A DNA stretch of 42,581 nucleotides from Trueperaceae bacterium (GTDB lineage Bacteria; Deinococcota; Deinococci; Deinococcales; Trueperaceae). The position numbers and the translations under genes were made by a program. The first letter of the stretch is position 1, and the number at the start of each line of letters is the position of its first letter. Location of the stretch: assembly GCA_035703635.1 (NCBI GenBank), contig DASSXV010000043.1, positions 1 to 42,581 on the forward strand. Reading direction: 5' to 3'. The notes below the pieces were generated by a model that saw nothing but the letters and a program-made list of their open reading frames with translations, had not been told where the DNA came from and ran no database searches. Positions 7,783-17,733 of the stretch are shown here, piece after piece.

Positions 7783-9657
7783 TTAGGTTCCTGGCGCCTC
7801 TGTCGGCTCGTCCGTTGCCTCAGCGAGCCAGCGCCCCAATACCCTCGTCGCCAGGGCGGCCAGTGGGGCGACGACGGCGCCGATCACGAGCCCGACGAGG
7901 AGGGCGACCCCGGTGCGTTCAAGCGAGATGAGCAGGGGCGTGTGGTAGTGGCTGAACGAGTTGAGGATGCTCGCTTGCGCCACCACGCCACCAGTGAGAA
8001 GCAGTCCACGCAGCCACGCTGGCCAGCCCGGCACTGCCAAGGCGATCAACGCGAGGGGGTGGCCGAGCAGCTCCTTGAAGCGCGGCCGAGCCACGAACTC
8101 CCCGAGCAGGGAGCGCAACGTGAGCTCGAACTGGCTGACGCCGATCACCGGGTCGTTGCCGCGCCGCAGCACGACGACTGCTACCGCCGCAAGCGCTAGC
8201 AGCCCAAGGGCAACATGCCCGAACGTTATGCGGGTGCCCAACATGCGCTTGACCCACACGGCCGGTCGATGCTGGCGCAGGAGGTAGGCGGCGAGGAAGA
8301 GGGCGGGAGGCACGACCAACGTCAGGCCGACACCCGAGAACGGCCTGATGGCGAGCAGCGTCTCGCGCTCACTGCCAACTGCGGCGAGTAGCAGCGCCCC
8401 GGCGAGGCTGACGGCCGTCGCGCCAAAGATGGCGGGCAGGCGTTCCTTGAAGGTCAGGTACCCGAGGGTGGGGAAGACGAGGGCGGCGAGCAGAGCCACC
8501 GCGTCCCACGACGGCCCCGCGAAGAAGAGCGCCGCCAACACGACGAGCGCGAGCGCAGCGGCCCCCCACGGCGCTGGGAAGCGCCTGGCGAGGAGGAGCA
8601 CGCCCGCTGCCACGCCGAGTGCAGCCAGGGCGCGTAACCACGCCTGCGTGACGTAGCTGGTGCCGAGCTCCGAGAGCGGCCCGACGACGTAGCCTTGCGC
8701 CGCCAATGAACGGGTCAAGCCAGCGACGAGCTTCTCCGTGTTCTCGATGGGGTCGCCCAACTCGACCGTCGTGTACGGCCGCAGGTAGAGCAGGCGCACG
8801 TTGCGCTCCTCCACCGCCAGCAGGTACTTGTCGATGAGGTCGGCGGGGCGTAGGCGCCTGTCGACGTAATCCTGGTTGAAACTGAGGAGCCTGACGGTCG
8901 GCACCTTGCCTGACAAGTCGGCCATGCCGTTCTGCGGCGTGCCTTCGATGACGGCCGTGTAGTAGCCAGCCGACGCTTCTTCGACGTCATCCAACCCGAA
9001 CGGCCAGCCAGCGACCTGGGTGCCTGCGTGAACGAGGTAAGTCGCCTCGTCCGGGAAGTCGCTGCCAGCGCCGACCAGTGAGTATGGCGCGTTGCGCGGG
9101 CGGTACGCGATGTCGAAGCCGGCGTTCTTCCAGAGCCGCAGTTGCGCCGTGTCCGGGCCGGCGGGCATTACCGTCTTGACGTCGCCTGGCCACAAGTACC
9201 AGGTGCGACCGTCGAGCTCGAACGAGCGCGCCTGAGGGACGTTCTTCGCGATGAGGTCGTCGAGCGCTCCTGGGAGGAGCGCAGTTACCAGCGTGGCGTT
9301 CGAAGGTATCGGCGGGGCGGGCTCGCCGCTAGCGAGGAGTTGCGCCTTCAGCTCGGAACCGAGCAGCGTGGCGGCGTAACCCTTCGCGGCCAGGGTCTCG
9401 ATGGTGTCCTCGTACAGCGCTACGCCCGTGAGGCCGCTCGCCTTGTAACGCAGCCCCAGCTCGAGGCTGGTTAGCCCAACGAGATCGCCTTGGGTCCCGA
9501 GCGCTTGCTCGTCCATGACGATGGCGACTTGCTCCTTGCTGCTCTCGGCCGCGACGCGCCGCACGGCGAGGACCGCGGCGGGCACGAGCGCCAACACGAC
9601 GACCAGCCACAAGATGCGGTCGATACGCGCGGTCTTGGCTGCGCCGCGGTAACTCAC
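7783..9657 (-). CDS. DUF5693 family membrane protein
   Basis: N-terminal TM, large soluble domain with ERNVRLLYLRP, C-terminal multi-TM region with RPRFKELLGHP and NSFSHYHTP; next to csaB. Confidence 0.85.
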   Translation of the reverse strand: MSYRGAAKTARIDRILWLVVVLALVPAAVLAVRRVAAESSKEQVAIVMDEQALGTQGDLVGLTSLELGLRYKASGLTGVALYEDTIETLAAKGYAATLLGSELKAQLLASGEPAPPIPSNATLVTALLPGALDDLIAKNVPQARSFELDGRTWYLWPGDVKTVMPAGPDTAQLRLWKNAGFDIAYRPRNAPYSLVGAGSDFPDEATYLVHAGTQVAGWPFGLDDVEEASAGYYTAVIEGTPQNGMADLSGKVPTVRLLSFNQDYVDRRLRPADLIDKYLLAVEERNVRLLYLRPYTTVELGDPIENTEKLVAGLTRSLAAQGYVVGPLSELGTSYVTQAWLRALAALGVAAGVLLLARRFPAPWGAAALALVVLAALFFAGPSWDAVALLAALVFPTLGYLTFKERLPAIFGATAVSLAGALLLAAVGSERETLLAIRPFSGVGLTLVVPPALFLAAYLLRQHRPAVWVKRMLGTRITFGHVALGLLALAAVAVVVLRRGNDPVIGVSQFELTLRSLLGEFVARPRFKELLGHPLALIALAVPGWPAWLRGLLLTGGVVAQASILNSFSHYHTPLLISLERTGVALLVGLVIGAVVAPLAALATRVLGRWLAEATDEPTEAPGT

Positions 9658-10295
9658 GCCCTGCCCCTGCCGCTACGCCGCAAGTACGCGTCTACGTGGT
9701 CGACGAGGACTTCAAGGGCTACGCGGTTCTTGCCGCCCTCAGGCAGCACTAGGTCCGCATACTGCTTGGTCGGCTCGATGAAGAGGTCGTGCATCGGCTT
9801 GACCGTCCTGCGGTACTGCGCGATCACGGCCTGGGCGCTGCGGCCACGCTCCTCGACGTCACGCTCGAGGCGCCTGATGAAGCGCTCGTCAGGCGGCGCG
9901 TCGACGAAGACCTTGAGTTGCATGCGCTCGCGCAAGTGCTGATCGTGCAGTACGAGGATGCCTTCCACGATGATCACCGGCTTCGGTTCGAGGTACAGGG
10001 TGTTCGGGGAGCGGTCGTGAACGGTGAAGTCGTAGACGGGCCGCTCGACGGACTCCCCGCTAACGAGCCTGTCGACGTGGTCGACGAGTAACTCGGAGTC
10101 GAAGGCGCTCGGCTCGTCGTAGTTCGTTAGCACGCGCGCCTCGAAGGGCAAGTCACCCTGCGCGCGGTAGTAGGCGTCTTGCGGCAGCAGGAGCGCGTTC
10201 TCACTACCCGCCTCGGCCAATAGCGCCTTGGCGACGGTCGTCTTGCCCGAACCGGTGCCGCCAGCCAGACCGATGACGAGCGAACGTTCGCTCAC
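9654..10295 (-). CDS. udk: Uridine kinase
   Basis: IGLAGGTGSGKTT, QDAYY, NYDEPSAFD, IIVEGIL, RRLERDVEERGR, FIEPTKQYAD. Confidence 0.96.
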   Translation of the reverse strand: MSERSLVIGLAGGTGSGKTTVAKALLAEAGSENALLLPQDAYYRAQGDLPFEARVLTNYDEPSAFDSELLVDHVDRLVSGESVERPVYDFTVHDRSPNTLYLEPKPVIIVEGILVLHDQHLRERMQLKVFVDAPPDERFIRRLERDVEERGRSAQAVIAQYRRTVKPMHDLFIEPTKQYADLVLPEGGKNRVALEVLVDHVDAYLRRSGRGRA

Positions 10296-11962
10296 GAGGC
10301 CCGTGCGTCTGCGCTGGTTTCCGGCCGCGACCCAGACGCGCGCTGCACGGCGGCCCTGATGAAGCCCGTGAAAGGCGGGCTTGGCCTCATGAGGCGGGAC
10401 TTGAACTCGGGGTGCGACTGCAGGCCAAGGAAGAACGGGTGCCCAGGGAGCTCGACGGATTCGACCAACCCGCGACCGCGGCCAGCCATGCCCGGAGTCA
10501 CGCCGCCGATGACGAGGCCAGCGCTAACGAGGCGCTCGACGTAATCGGGGTTGACCTCGTAACGGTGCCGGTGACGCTCGTGAACGATAGGTAGCGTGGC
10601 GCCGCCCTCCGCGTACAGCTGCCCGACCAAGCTGCCGGGCGTTACTTCCATCGGCCAACTACCGAGGCGCATGGTCCCGCCCATGTCGGCCACCTCGAGC
10701 TGTTCGGGCATGAGGTCGATCACGGCGCTCGGCGTGTACTGGTCGAACTCGGTCGAGTTCGCGCCACGTAGTTCCGCGACGTGACGGGCGAACTCGATGA
10801 CTGCCACCTGCATGCCAAGGCAGATGCCGAGGTAAGGCACGCGGCCCTCGCGCGCTACCTGAGCGGCCCGCACCTTGCCTTCGATGCCGCGTACGCCGAA
10901 GCCGCCTGGCACCAGGATGCCGTCGAAGCTCGTCAAGTGCTCGACGTCCCCCTCCACCAGGTCCTCAGCGTTGACCCAGTGGATGTCCACGGCGGCGTGG
11001 TTAGCGATGCCCGCGTGCTTGAGGGCCTCCATGAGGCTGAGGTAGGCGTCCGGCATGGCGACGTACTTGCCGACCACGGCGATGTTCACGCGCTTCTGCG
11101 GTTGCCGAAGCACGCGCACGGCCTCGAGCCAAGCCCTCAGCTCGGGGGTGACGCGCTCGAGGCGCAGCATCTCTTCGACGAAACGCCCAACGCCTTGCTG
11201 CTCGAGCATGTCGGGGACGGCGTAAACGAAGTCCGCGTCGTAGGCGTTGAAAACGGCGTCGTGAGCGACGTTGGAGAAGAGCGCGATCTTGCGCCGCCCA
11301 GACTCGGGAACGGCCTGCTGCGACCTAAGCACGAGCGCGTCCGGTTGAATGCCGACGCCCCTAAGCGTGGCAACCGAGTGTTGCGTCGGCTTGGTCTTGT
11401 GTTCCTCGCTCGTGCCGAGATAGGGGACGAGAGTGACGTGGATGTACAGGGTGTTGTGCCTGCCCTGCTCGAAGCGGATCTGGCGGATGGCTTCGAGGAA
11501 CGGGAGCGACTCGATGTCGCCGACCGTACCCCCGACCTCGACGAGCACGATCTCGGCCTCCGCCGCGTCTCCGGCCTCGAAGATGCGGCGCTTGATCTCG
11601 TCGGTGACGTGCGGGATGACCTGCACGGTCTGCGACAGGTAAGCGCCCCTGCGCTCCTTCTCGATGACGCTCAAGTAGACCTGGCCGGTCGTGACGTTGT
11701 TGCCGCGCCCAAGGTCTACGTCGAGGAAGCGTTCGTACGTTCCGATATCAAGGTCGGTTTCTGCGCCGTCGTCCGTAACGAAGACCTCACCGTGCTCGTA
11801 TGGCCGCATGGTGCCTGCGTCCACGTTCACGTACGGGTCGATCTTCACTGCCGTTACGCGGTAACCGCGCGCGCGCAGGAGTGCGCCGATGCTCGAGGTC
11901 GTTATGCCTTTCCCGAGACTTGAAACCACCCCACCGGTGACGAAAATGTACTTGCGGTCCAT
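10292..11962 (-). CDS. pyrG: CTP synthase
   Basis: KYIFVTGGVVSSLGKG, HGEVFVTDDGAETDLD, GICLGMQ, ERHRHRYEVN, QSHPEF. Confidence 0.99.
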   Translation of the reverse strand: MDRKYIFVTGGVVSSLGKGITTSSIGALLRARGYRVTAVKIDPYVNVDAGTMRPYEHGEVFVTDDGAETDLDIGTYERFLDVDLGRGNNVTTGQVYLSVIEKERRGAYLSQTVQVIPHVTDEIKRRIFEAGDAAEAEIVLVEVGGTVGDIESLPFLEAIRQIRFEQGRHNTLYIHVTLVPYLGTSEEHKTKPTQHSVATLRGVGIQPDALVLRSQQAVPESGRRKIALFSNVAHDAVFNAYDADFVYAVPDMLEQQGVGRFVEEMLRLERVTPELRAWLEAVRVLRQPQKRVNIAVVGKYVAMPDAYLSLMEALKHAGIANHAAVDIHWVNAEDLVEGDVEHLTSFDGILVPGGFGVRGIEGKVRAAQVAREGRVPYLGICLGMQVAVIEFARHVAELRGANSTEFDQYTPSAVIDLMPEQLEVADMGGTMRLGSWPMEVTPGSLVGQLYAEGGATLPIVHERHRHRYEVNPDYVERLVSAGLVIGGVTPGMAGRGRGLVESVELPGHPFFLGLQSHPEFKSRLMRPSPPFTGFIRAAVQRASGSRPETSADARAS

Positions 11963-12144
11963 GGTTCACCTACCCGGGACTCAATGCTAGCACCCGCGCC
12001 ACCAACGCCAAGCGTGGGCGCTTTCTCGGCCTCTCTGGGAGCGGTAGCGCAGCGCGTGCGTGGTACAGTCACGCCCTGCCTACGACGAGAGCGTAGGGGT
12101 TGGCGCACGTGTCGGGGGCGGCGCCGAGGAGGCTGGCACTGCGA

Positions 12145-12825
12145 GTGGACCACGACACTGACGAGGCGGACGCGCTACAGCCAAGCGGGCTGGCGACCAA
12201 GCGGCGAGGGATCCTGTTCGTCATGACCGGCGCCTCCGGCGTTGGCAAGGACACCATCCGTAGCGCGGCTGCGCCGTTCCTCGCCGAGATGGTCTACTCG
12301 ATCTCCGCCACCACCCGCGGTCAGCGGCCGGGCGAGCAGCACGGCGTCCAGTACTACTTCATAGGTCGCGAGCAGTTCGAGCAGATGATCGCGGGCCAGG
12401 CGCTGCTCGAGTACGCAGACTACGTCGGCGATTACTACGGCACGCCGGTCGCGCCCGTCAAGGAAGCGTTGGCGCGTGGGCAGGACGTGCTCCTCGAGCT
12501 GGAACTAGTTGGTGCGCGCCAGGTGAAGAAGCGCATGCCGGAAGCCGTCATGCTCTTCATCGCACCCCCATCGCTCGAAGAGCTGGAGCGGCGCTTGCGC
12601 GGGCGCGGCACCGATAGCGAAGAGAAGATGCAGAAGCGCCTCGCGCGGGCTAGGGAAGAGATCCGCGCGTTGCGCGAGTTCGACTACTTGATCGTCAACG
12701 ACGAGGTCGGACGCGCCGTCACTGAACTCGAGTCGATAATCCGCGCCGAACGCGCGCGCGCCAAGCTAGTCACGGACGCACAGCTGGCCGAGTTCCTGCG
12801 CGGCGGGCACGACGGCAAGGACTGA
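12145..12825 (+). CDS. gmk: Guanylate kinase (start uncertain; GTG 12145 follows AGGAGG)
   Basis: GASGVGKDT, SISATTRGQRPGEQHGVQYYF, YYGTP, LERRLRGRGTD. Confidence 0.96.
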   Translation: MDHDTDEADALQPSGLATKRRGILFVMTGASGVGKDTIRSAAAPFLAEMVYSISATTRGQRPGEQHGVQYYFIGREQFEQMIAGQALLEYADYVGDYYGTPVAPVKEALARGQDVLLELELVGARQVKKRMPEAVMLFIAPPSLEELERRLRGRGTDSEEKMQKRLARAREEIRALREFDYLIVNDEVGRAVTELESIIRAERARAKLVTDAQLAEFLRGGHDGKD

Positions 12826-12946
12826 AACGCGTCGCCCTACTGCGCAGTTCACACGCACTTGGGGTAACATGTAAGGTCGATTGGGCGCTAGCGCCTATTT
12901 ACCTAGTTGTTGCGGGGCCACGCGCGCCCCTTTTTCGGAGGAGCAC

Positions 12947-13252
12947 ATGGCTCAAGAAGGCTACGACAAACTGATCTCACTTACTGACTCGCGTTACCGC
13001 TTGTCCATGGTGGTGGCGCTTCGCGCCGCGCAGCTCAAGATGGGTATCCCAACCGTGCTCGAGCCAGGCGTGCTGCCTAGCCTTGAGAACAGCGTTACCG
13101 TCGCCATGAAGGAGTTCGAGGCCGATGCGGGCTTGGCGTGGGGCGATGACCTCCCGACTAACGATGAACTCAAGCGCCTTGTCGAGGTGCGTAAGCCTGA
13201 ACCAGTGAACCCGTTGGTGGGCACGCCGTTCGACGAAGACGACGACGACTGA
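12947..13252 (+). CDS. rpoZ: RNA polymerase omega subunit
   Basis: MAQEGYDKLISLTDSRYRLSMVVALRAAQL; gmk-rpoZ synteny; GGAGGAG RBS before ATG 12947. Confidence 0.93.
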   Translation: MAQEGYDKLISLTDSRYRLSMVVALRAAQLKMGIPTVLEPGVLPSLENSVTVAMKEFEADAGLAWGDDLPTNDELKRLVEVRKPEPVNPLVGTPFDEDDDD

Positions 13253-13289
13253 AGCAGAAGTAGCACGACCACACGAGGTTTGTTGGCAC

Positions 13290-13323
13290 CGGGCCGTCCG
13301 CGTATGGGCGGCCCCGCTTCGTT
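13290..13323 (+). terminator. Probable terminator after rpoZ
   Basis: GGGCCGTCC/GGGCGGCCC stem followed by a weak T tract. Confidence 0.45.
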
Positions 13324-13357
13324 CTGAATAACTTCCCGGATGCTAGGCTGAATATGC

Positions 13358-13816
13358 ATGGCGAGCAAGGAACACCGTCAACGACTGATAGTCGACCTGG
13401 TGGAGAGCGAGTTCATCTCCACCCAAGCTGAGATAGCCGAGCGCTTAGCCAGCAGCGGCATCAACGTCACGCAGGCAACCATCAGCCGCGACGTTAGCGA
13501 GTTGAGGCTCGTGCGGGTGCCATCCGGCCGCGGCAGGCACCGCTACAGCGCCACCCCGATGGTCATGCAGGACGACATCGAGCGCGAGTTGCGCGACCGC
13601 TTCCGCCTCTTCGTTCGCCACCTCGATAGGGGTGAGAACATCATCGTCGTAACGACAGACGAAGGGCACGCGTCAGGGGTGGCGTTCGTGATCGACAAGC
13701 TCGAGCGCGACGAGATCGTCGGCACCCTCGCGGGCCAGAATGCCATCCTAGTCGTCACCCGAACGACGGCGGTGGCCGAGACCATCCAGGAAGAGTTCGA
13801 GCGCCTCCTAGAGTGA
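13358..13816 (+). CDS. argR: Arginine repressor
   Basis: TQAEIAERL, VTQATISRDVSEL, IVGTLAG; 152 aa. Confidence 0.95.
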   Translation: MASKEHRQRLIVDLVESEFISTQAEIAERLASSGINVTQATISRDVSELRLVRVPSGRGRHRYSATPMVMQDDIERELRDRFRLFVRHLDRGENIIVVTTDEGHASGVAFVIDKLERDEIVGTLAGQNAILVVTRTTAVAETIQEEFERLLE

Positions 13817-13871
13817 AAGTGCATGGAGCGGCTCATAAACCCGTGCTAGCCTGAACCACTCTGGAGGAAAC

Positions 13872-16223
13872 ATGCACCGTCCAGCTCGACGTTTCTTGCT
13901 ATTGATCCTAGCCGCCTTCACGGCAATTATCGCGCCGGTCGGCGTGGTCAGCGCGGCCTCGCTGGCCGTCCACCCGTTCGCAAGTGATGACCCGCTACTC
14001 GGTATGGCCGTCGCGGATGAACTCGCCGCGTCGTTCGAGGGCGTTGACGTGCTCCTCGGACCAGACGTGACGGCAGGAGCCATCCCGCCGCTCATGGTGC
14101 CGGGCGGCTTCATCGGCATCACCCGTGTGGTGGGCGAGGATCCGATGCACGGTCCAGCTGGCGCGCAACTCTTACGGGGCGCGCTCGGCGTCGACGTGGC
14201 TGCCACCGGCAGCGTGCTCGTGTTGGACGCGAGCTACCGCCTCGACCTGGTAGTAGCTGGCCCAGAAGGCGTCGTCAGCGCCTCACTGCAGGCGCCGCAT
14301 GGGCGGCGCGACCAGCTCGTCGCGCAAGCCGCGCGCGTCGTTGCGCGCGCGCTGAACGGCCCGACACCGGCGCCGCCGTCAGCACCGGCTCTAGACGGGG
14401 CGTACGCCAACTACGTGACCGCCCTCGTCTATGCGGGCGACGGCTTCGTCTCGGACGCCGCTTCGTTGCTTGCCAGCGTCGCCGCCACTGAGTTGCCCGT
14501 ACGCGCCCACAGCCTGCTCGAGGACCTCGACGCGGCCATAGCCCCCGCCTCCGCTGCCCCGGTCGCCTCCGCCTCGCGCCAGTTGCGCCGCGCACTACTC
14601 GGGCTGGGGGTCGAGTCGTTCGACGAGGACACCGGCTTCGCGGCGTTCCAAGCGGTTACAGCCGGCGCGCAACTCCCGCTCGCGGGCGCATGGGCCGCCG
14701 TATTAGCCGCCAGCGTCGGCGACTACGCTGCCGCAACGGCGAGCCTGGAGGCCGCCAACGCTAGCGGCAGCTACCCATACGGAGAGGCCCTCGCCGCCGC
14801 ACTAGCTTGGGCGCAGGGAGACGAGGCGGCGGCGGTCGCCGCCATCGACGACGTGATCGCCAGTCCGGCCAGTGGCAGGGCGGCCGCGCTCCTAGGCGCG
14901 TCGATCGTCGCCCAGATCAGAGCCGACCCACAACGCGAAACGGCGGCGCTCAACGCCCTCAGCCGCGTCGCTCCTCACCTCGTCTACTCCTTCGAGCGGC
15001 TCTCTTACTTGGCCTTCGACCGCGACGACCCCCTAGCTGCAGCCGAGGCGCTCATCCCGGCCGTCCAGTTGGAACCGGAGTCGGACCTCTACTGGACGAA
15101 CCTCGGGTGGTCTTACTACCTGCTCGGTTTCCTCGACAAGAGCGAAGAAGCCTCGCAGCGCGCAGTCGAACTCGATGGCAACCAGTACATCGCCCTCTAC
15201 AACCTCGGCCTCGTCGGCAGTGTACAGGGGCGCCTGGCGGACGCCGTTAAGGCGTACGACCGCGCGATCAAACTCGACCCCGCGGTTGACGACGAGGCTA
15301 TCGCTGACCTCGAGTCCGCGCTTGAGCTCTATCCGTCCGCCGTTGGGGTCAATTACTCCCTCGCGTACCTTTATGACGCCGAAGGTAGGCGCGACGATGC
15401 GCGGGCACGCTACAGGCGCTTCGTCAGGCTCGCCACCGCGGCGGGTGAGTACCCTGAGTTCGTCGCCTTGGCGGCCGACCGCTTGGTGGTCCTCGACGCG
15501 CCACCGCCACCCCTAGAACTCAGCGGGGGCGTGACGCCCAAGCTTGGCGTTCGGGGCCCTGACGCCTCACCGTTCCACCCGGGCGACCGCGTCTTCCCGG
15601 CTTTCGAAGTCAGCACCCCAGGCGACCAATTGCCTGCGCGGCTCAACGTGACCATCACCATCACTGGCGCCAGCGAGGAGAGCGTAGCTACCGGCGGAGG
15701 AGAAGTGGTCGTGCCGACGGGCGCGGTTGGCTTCGTGGTCGATACTTTGGCCCTCGACCTGCCGCTTGACCTCGCGGCTGGCGCATACGACCTCAACGTC
15801 GAGGTCAGCGCGCTGGATGGCAGCCGCACGGCTGGCAGCGCCACCTTGGAGGTCGACGGCGCCCCTGAAGTGCTCCGCCAGCTATTCAGCCGCGGCGTCG
15901 TGATGACGGCGCTCGAGTCGGGCGCGCCACTCTACGGCGCTAAGGACCTAGCTGATCCGCAGGCCTTCGTAGCCGCACTTGTCGACGAACTGCGCTCCGG
16001 GGCCGCGGCGGCGGACCAGGCGTTGCCAACGGTTGATTCTGGCCGCTTCGCTGGGCAGACGGGGCGAGAACTCTTCGAGTCAAGCACCGATGCCGACGTT
16101 ATCGACTACCTGGCTTACGTCATCGCGGGCGGCGTTAGCGACTTCCGCTTCGTCTTCGTCGACGGCTACGCCTCCTGGGCGCTTGACGGCGCACCAACGG
16201 CACCAGAAGGAGCGGCCGAATGA
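13872..16223 (+). CDS. Large exported TPR-containing protein
   Basis: Signal peptide; TPRs (YWTNLGWSYYLLG, ALYNLGLVGSVQG); beta-rich C-terminal region; GGAGG RBS. Confidence 0.8.
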   Translation: MHRPARRFLLLILAAFTAIIAPVGVVSAASLAVHPFASDDPLLGMAVADELAASFEGVDVLLGPDVTAGAIPPLMVPGGFIGITRVVGEDPMHGPAGAQLLRGALGVDVAATGSVLVLDASYRLDLVVAGPEGVVSASLQAPHGRRDQLVAQAARVVARALNGPTPAPPSAPALDGAYANYVTALVYAGDGFVSDAASLLASVAATELPVRAHSLLEDLDAAIAPASAAPVASASRQLRRALLGLGVESFDEDTGFAAFQAVTAGAQLPLAGAWAAVLAASVGDYAAATASLEAANASGSYPYGEALAAALAWAQGDEAAAVAAIDDVIASPASGRAAALLGASIVAQIRADPQRETAALNALSRVAPHLVYSFERLSYLAFDRDDPLAAAEALIPAVQLEPESDLYWTNLGWSYYLLGFLDKSEEASQRAVELDGNQYIALYNLGLVGSVQGRLADAVKAYDRAIKLDPAVDDEAIADLESALELYPSAVGVNYSLAYLYDAEGRRDDARARYRRFVRLATAAGEYPEFVALAADRLVVLDAPPPPLELSGGVTPKLGVRGPDASPFHPGDRVFPAFEVSTPGDQLPARLNVTITITGASEESVATGGGEVVVPTGAVGFVVDTLALDLPLDLAAGAYDLNVEVSALDGSRTAGSATLEVDGAPEVLRQLFSRGVVMTALESGAPLYGAKDLADPQAFVAALVDELRSGAAAADQALPTVDSGRFAGQTGRELFESSTDADVIDYLAYVIAGGVSDFRFVFVDGYASWALDGAPTAPEGAAE

Positions 16224-16260
16224 CCGCGCGTGCCCTGCAGAACGGGCACCCGCAGCGGAA

Positions 16261-17601
16261 TTAACCGCCGCCGAAGAGGCGGCTGAAGATCCTGAAGCCG
16301 GCCGCGTAGGTGGCGGTGGCGGAGCCGAGGGTGGTGAGGATGAAAACCAGCAGCACGCGCGCCGCGCGGTTGCGCCACCACCCACGGACCGTCGTCACGT
16401 CGTTCCGCAGGGCCTGAAAGTCGCCTACGCTTGGGCGCCTAAGCCACAGTTCCGTGCCCGCGGCGACGAAACCGACGCCGATCAGCGGGTTGAGCGCAGT
16501 GAACGGTGACGCCACCGCTGCCACCAGCACCGTGAGCGGGTGCGCAAGCGCGACGATGGCGCCGACGGCGCTCAACAGCATGTGGAAGAGGGTCCAGTCC
16601 GTCAACAGCGTGAGGCCAACCTCGGGGCTGCGCACGAAGCCGTAAACGAAGGTCGCCACGATGATGGCGACAACGAGCCACGGCAGCGCCTTCGTCACTT
16701 TGCTCGGCGGCGGCACGGCCTCTAGGCGCGCGCTCGCGCTCGCTGCGCCCTCGCCCGGCGCGCTCAGGCCAGCGAACACGCCCTTGAGGTGACCTGCGCC
16801 CATCACGACGAGCACCTCGCGATGCCCTGGTCCTTGCTGCAGGAGCTTGGCGACCATGTACTCGTCGCGCTCCGCGATGAGCGGCACGTAGATGCGCTCG
16901 CTCTTCGCGGAGAACTCGGTGAACGTCGACTCGAGGAGGTCGCCTCCCTTGAGCGCTTCGATGTCCTCCTCGGTGATCTTCTCGTTGCTGAACGCGGACG
17001 CCACCAGCCCAGCGAAGAGCGTGATGCGCTGCCACCACGGCACGTTCGCGTACACGCGGCGCAGCGTGACCCCGATATCGCGATCGATCAGGAGGAGCGG
17101 CAGTTTGGCGGCCGTTGCGCCGGCGATGGCGGCGCGCATCTCCGCGCCAGGCTCGACGCCGAACTGTTCAGCCATGCGTTGTTGAAAGGCTGACAGGGCG
17201 AGGTTGACGGCCAACATGCCGGCCTTGCCCTGGCGCAGGACCTTGAGGAGGTCCATCTGCGAGTAGGCATCAGGGTTGAGCAGCGCCCGGTAGCGGCCTG
17301 CGTCCAGCTCGATGGCTACGGCGTCAAAGTACCCACTCTCGACGAGGGCCGCGACGGTCTCGGCGCTCGTCTTGGACACGTGCGCCGTGCCGAGCAAGGT
17401 GTAGCGCACGCCAGCGTGCTCGACGACCTCGAGAGGCTGGTCGCCAGCCAAGGCGCGAAGGTCGGCGACCGAAACTGGCGTCGGCGTCACCTCGTCCGCC
17501 TGTCGCGCTGGGCCTGCAGTGGTTAGGTTCGCAGTGTGCGCGGCACCCGCGGCGTCCGCTGCATCGGCGGCGTCAGGTGCCGCGTTGGTCTCATCGGTCA
17601 T
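16261..17601 (-). CDS. TraB/GumN (pheromone shutdown-related) membrane protein
   Basis: LLGTAHVS, AVAIELDAGRY, PGAEM, LIDRDIGVTLRR, LIAERDEYM, VMGAGHLKG; C-terminal TM segments. Confidence 0.92.
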   Translation of the reverse strand: MTDETNAAPDAADAADAAGAAHTANLTTAGPARQADEVTPTPVSVADLRALAGDQPLEVVEHAGVRYTLLGTAHVSKTSAETVAALVESGYFDAVAIELDAGRYRALLNPDAYSQMDLLKVLRQGKAGMLAVNLALSAFQQRMAEQFGVEPGAEMRAAIAGATAAKLPLLLIDRDIGVTLRRVYANVPWWQRITLFAGLVASAFSNEKITEEDIEALKGGDLLESTFTEFSAKSERIYVPLIAERDEYMVAKLLQQGPGHREVLVVMGAGHLKGVFAGLSAPGEGAASASARLEAVPPPSKVTKALPWLVVAIIVATFVYGFVRSPEVGLTLLTDWTLFHMLLSAVGAIVALAHPLTVLVAAVASPFTALNPLIGVGFVAAGTELWLRRPSVGDFQALRNDVTTVRGWWRNRAARVLLVFILTTLGSATATYAAGFRIFSRLFGGG

Positions 17602-17685
17602 GTTGAGGAGTTTACCCTCATGCGCCTAGAGCGCCTGTCTGCGCCGCCCGCTGCAGGCGACGCACCGCACAACTACAATCAAGTC

Positions 17686-17733
17686 ATGCAACCTACCCTC
17701 GGCCACGCAGGCGCACCGTCGGCCATTCAGTGA
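17686..17733 (+). CDS. Candidate leaderless 15-aa leader peptide MQPTLGHAGAPSAIQ
   Basis: TACAAT at 17674-17679, ATG 6 nt later, stop overlaps the kinase start (GTGATG). Confidence 0.35.
   Translation: MQPTLGHAGAPSAIQ

Noticed and set aside
10781-11923. 380-aa plus-strand ORF
   Set aside because: Antisense to pyrG; a typical high-GC shadow frame.
16261-17601. TraB name suggesting a conjugative element
   Set aside because: It is the chromosomal TraB/GumN family; no relaxase, T4SS or integrase is present.
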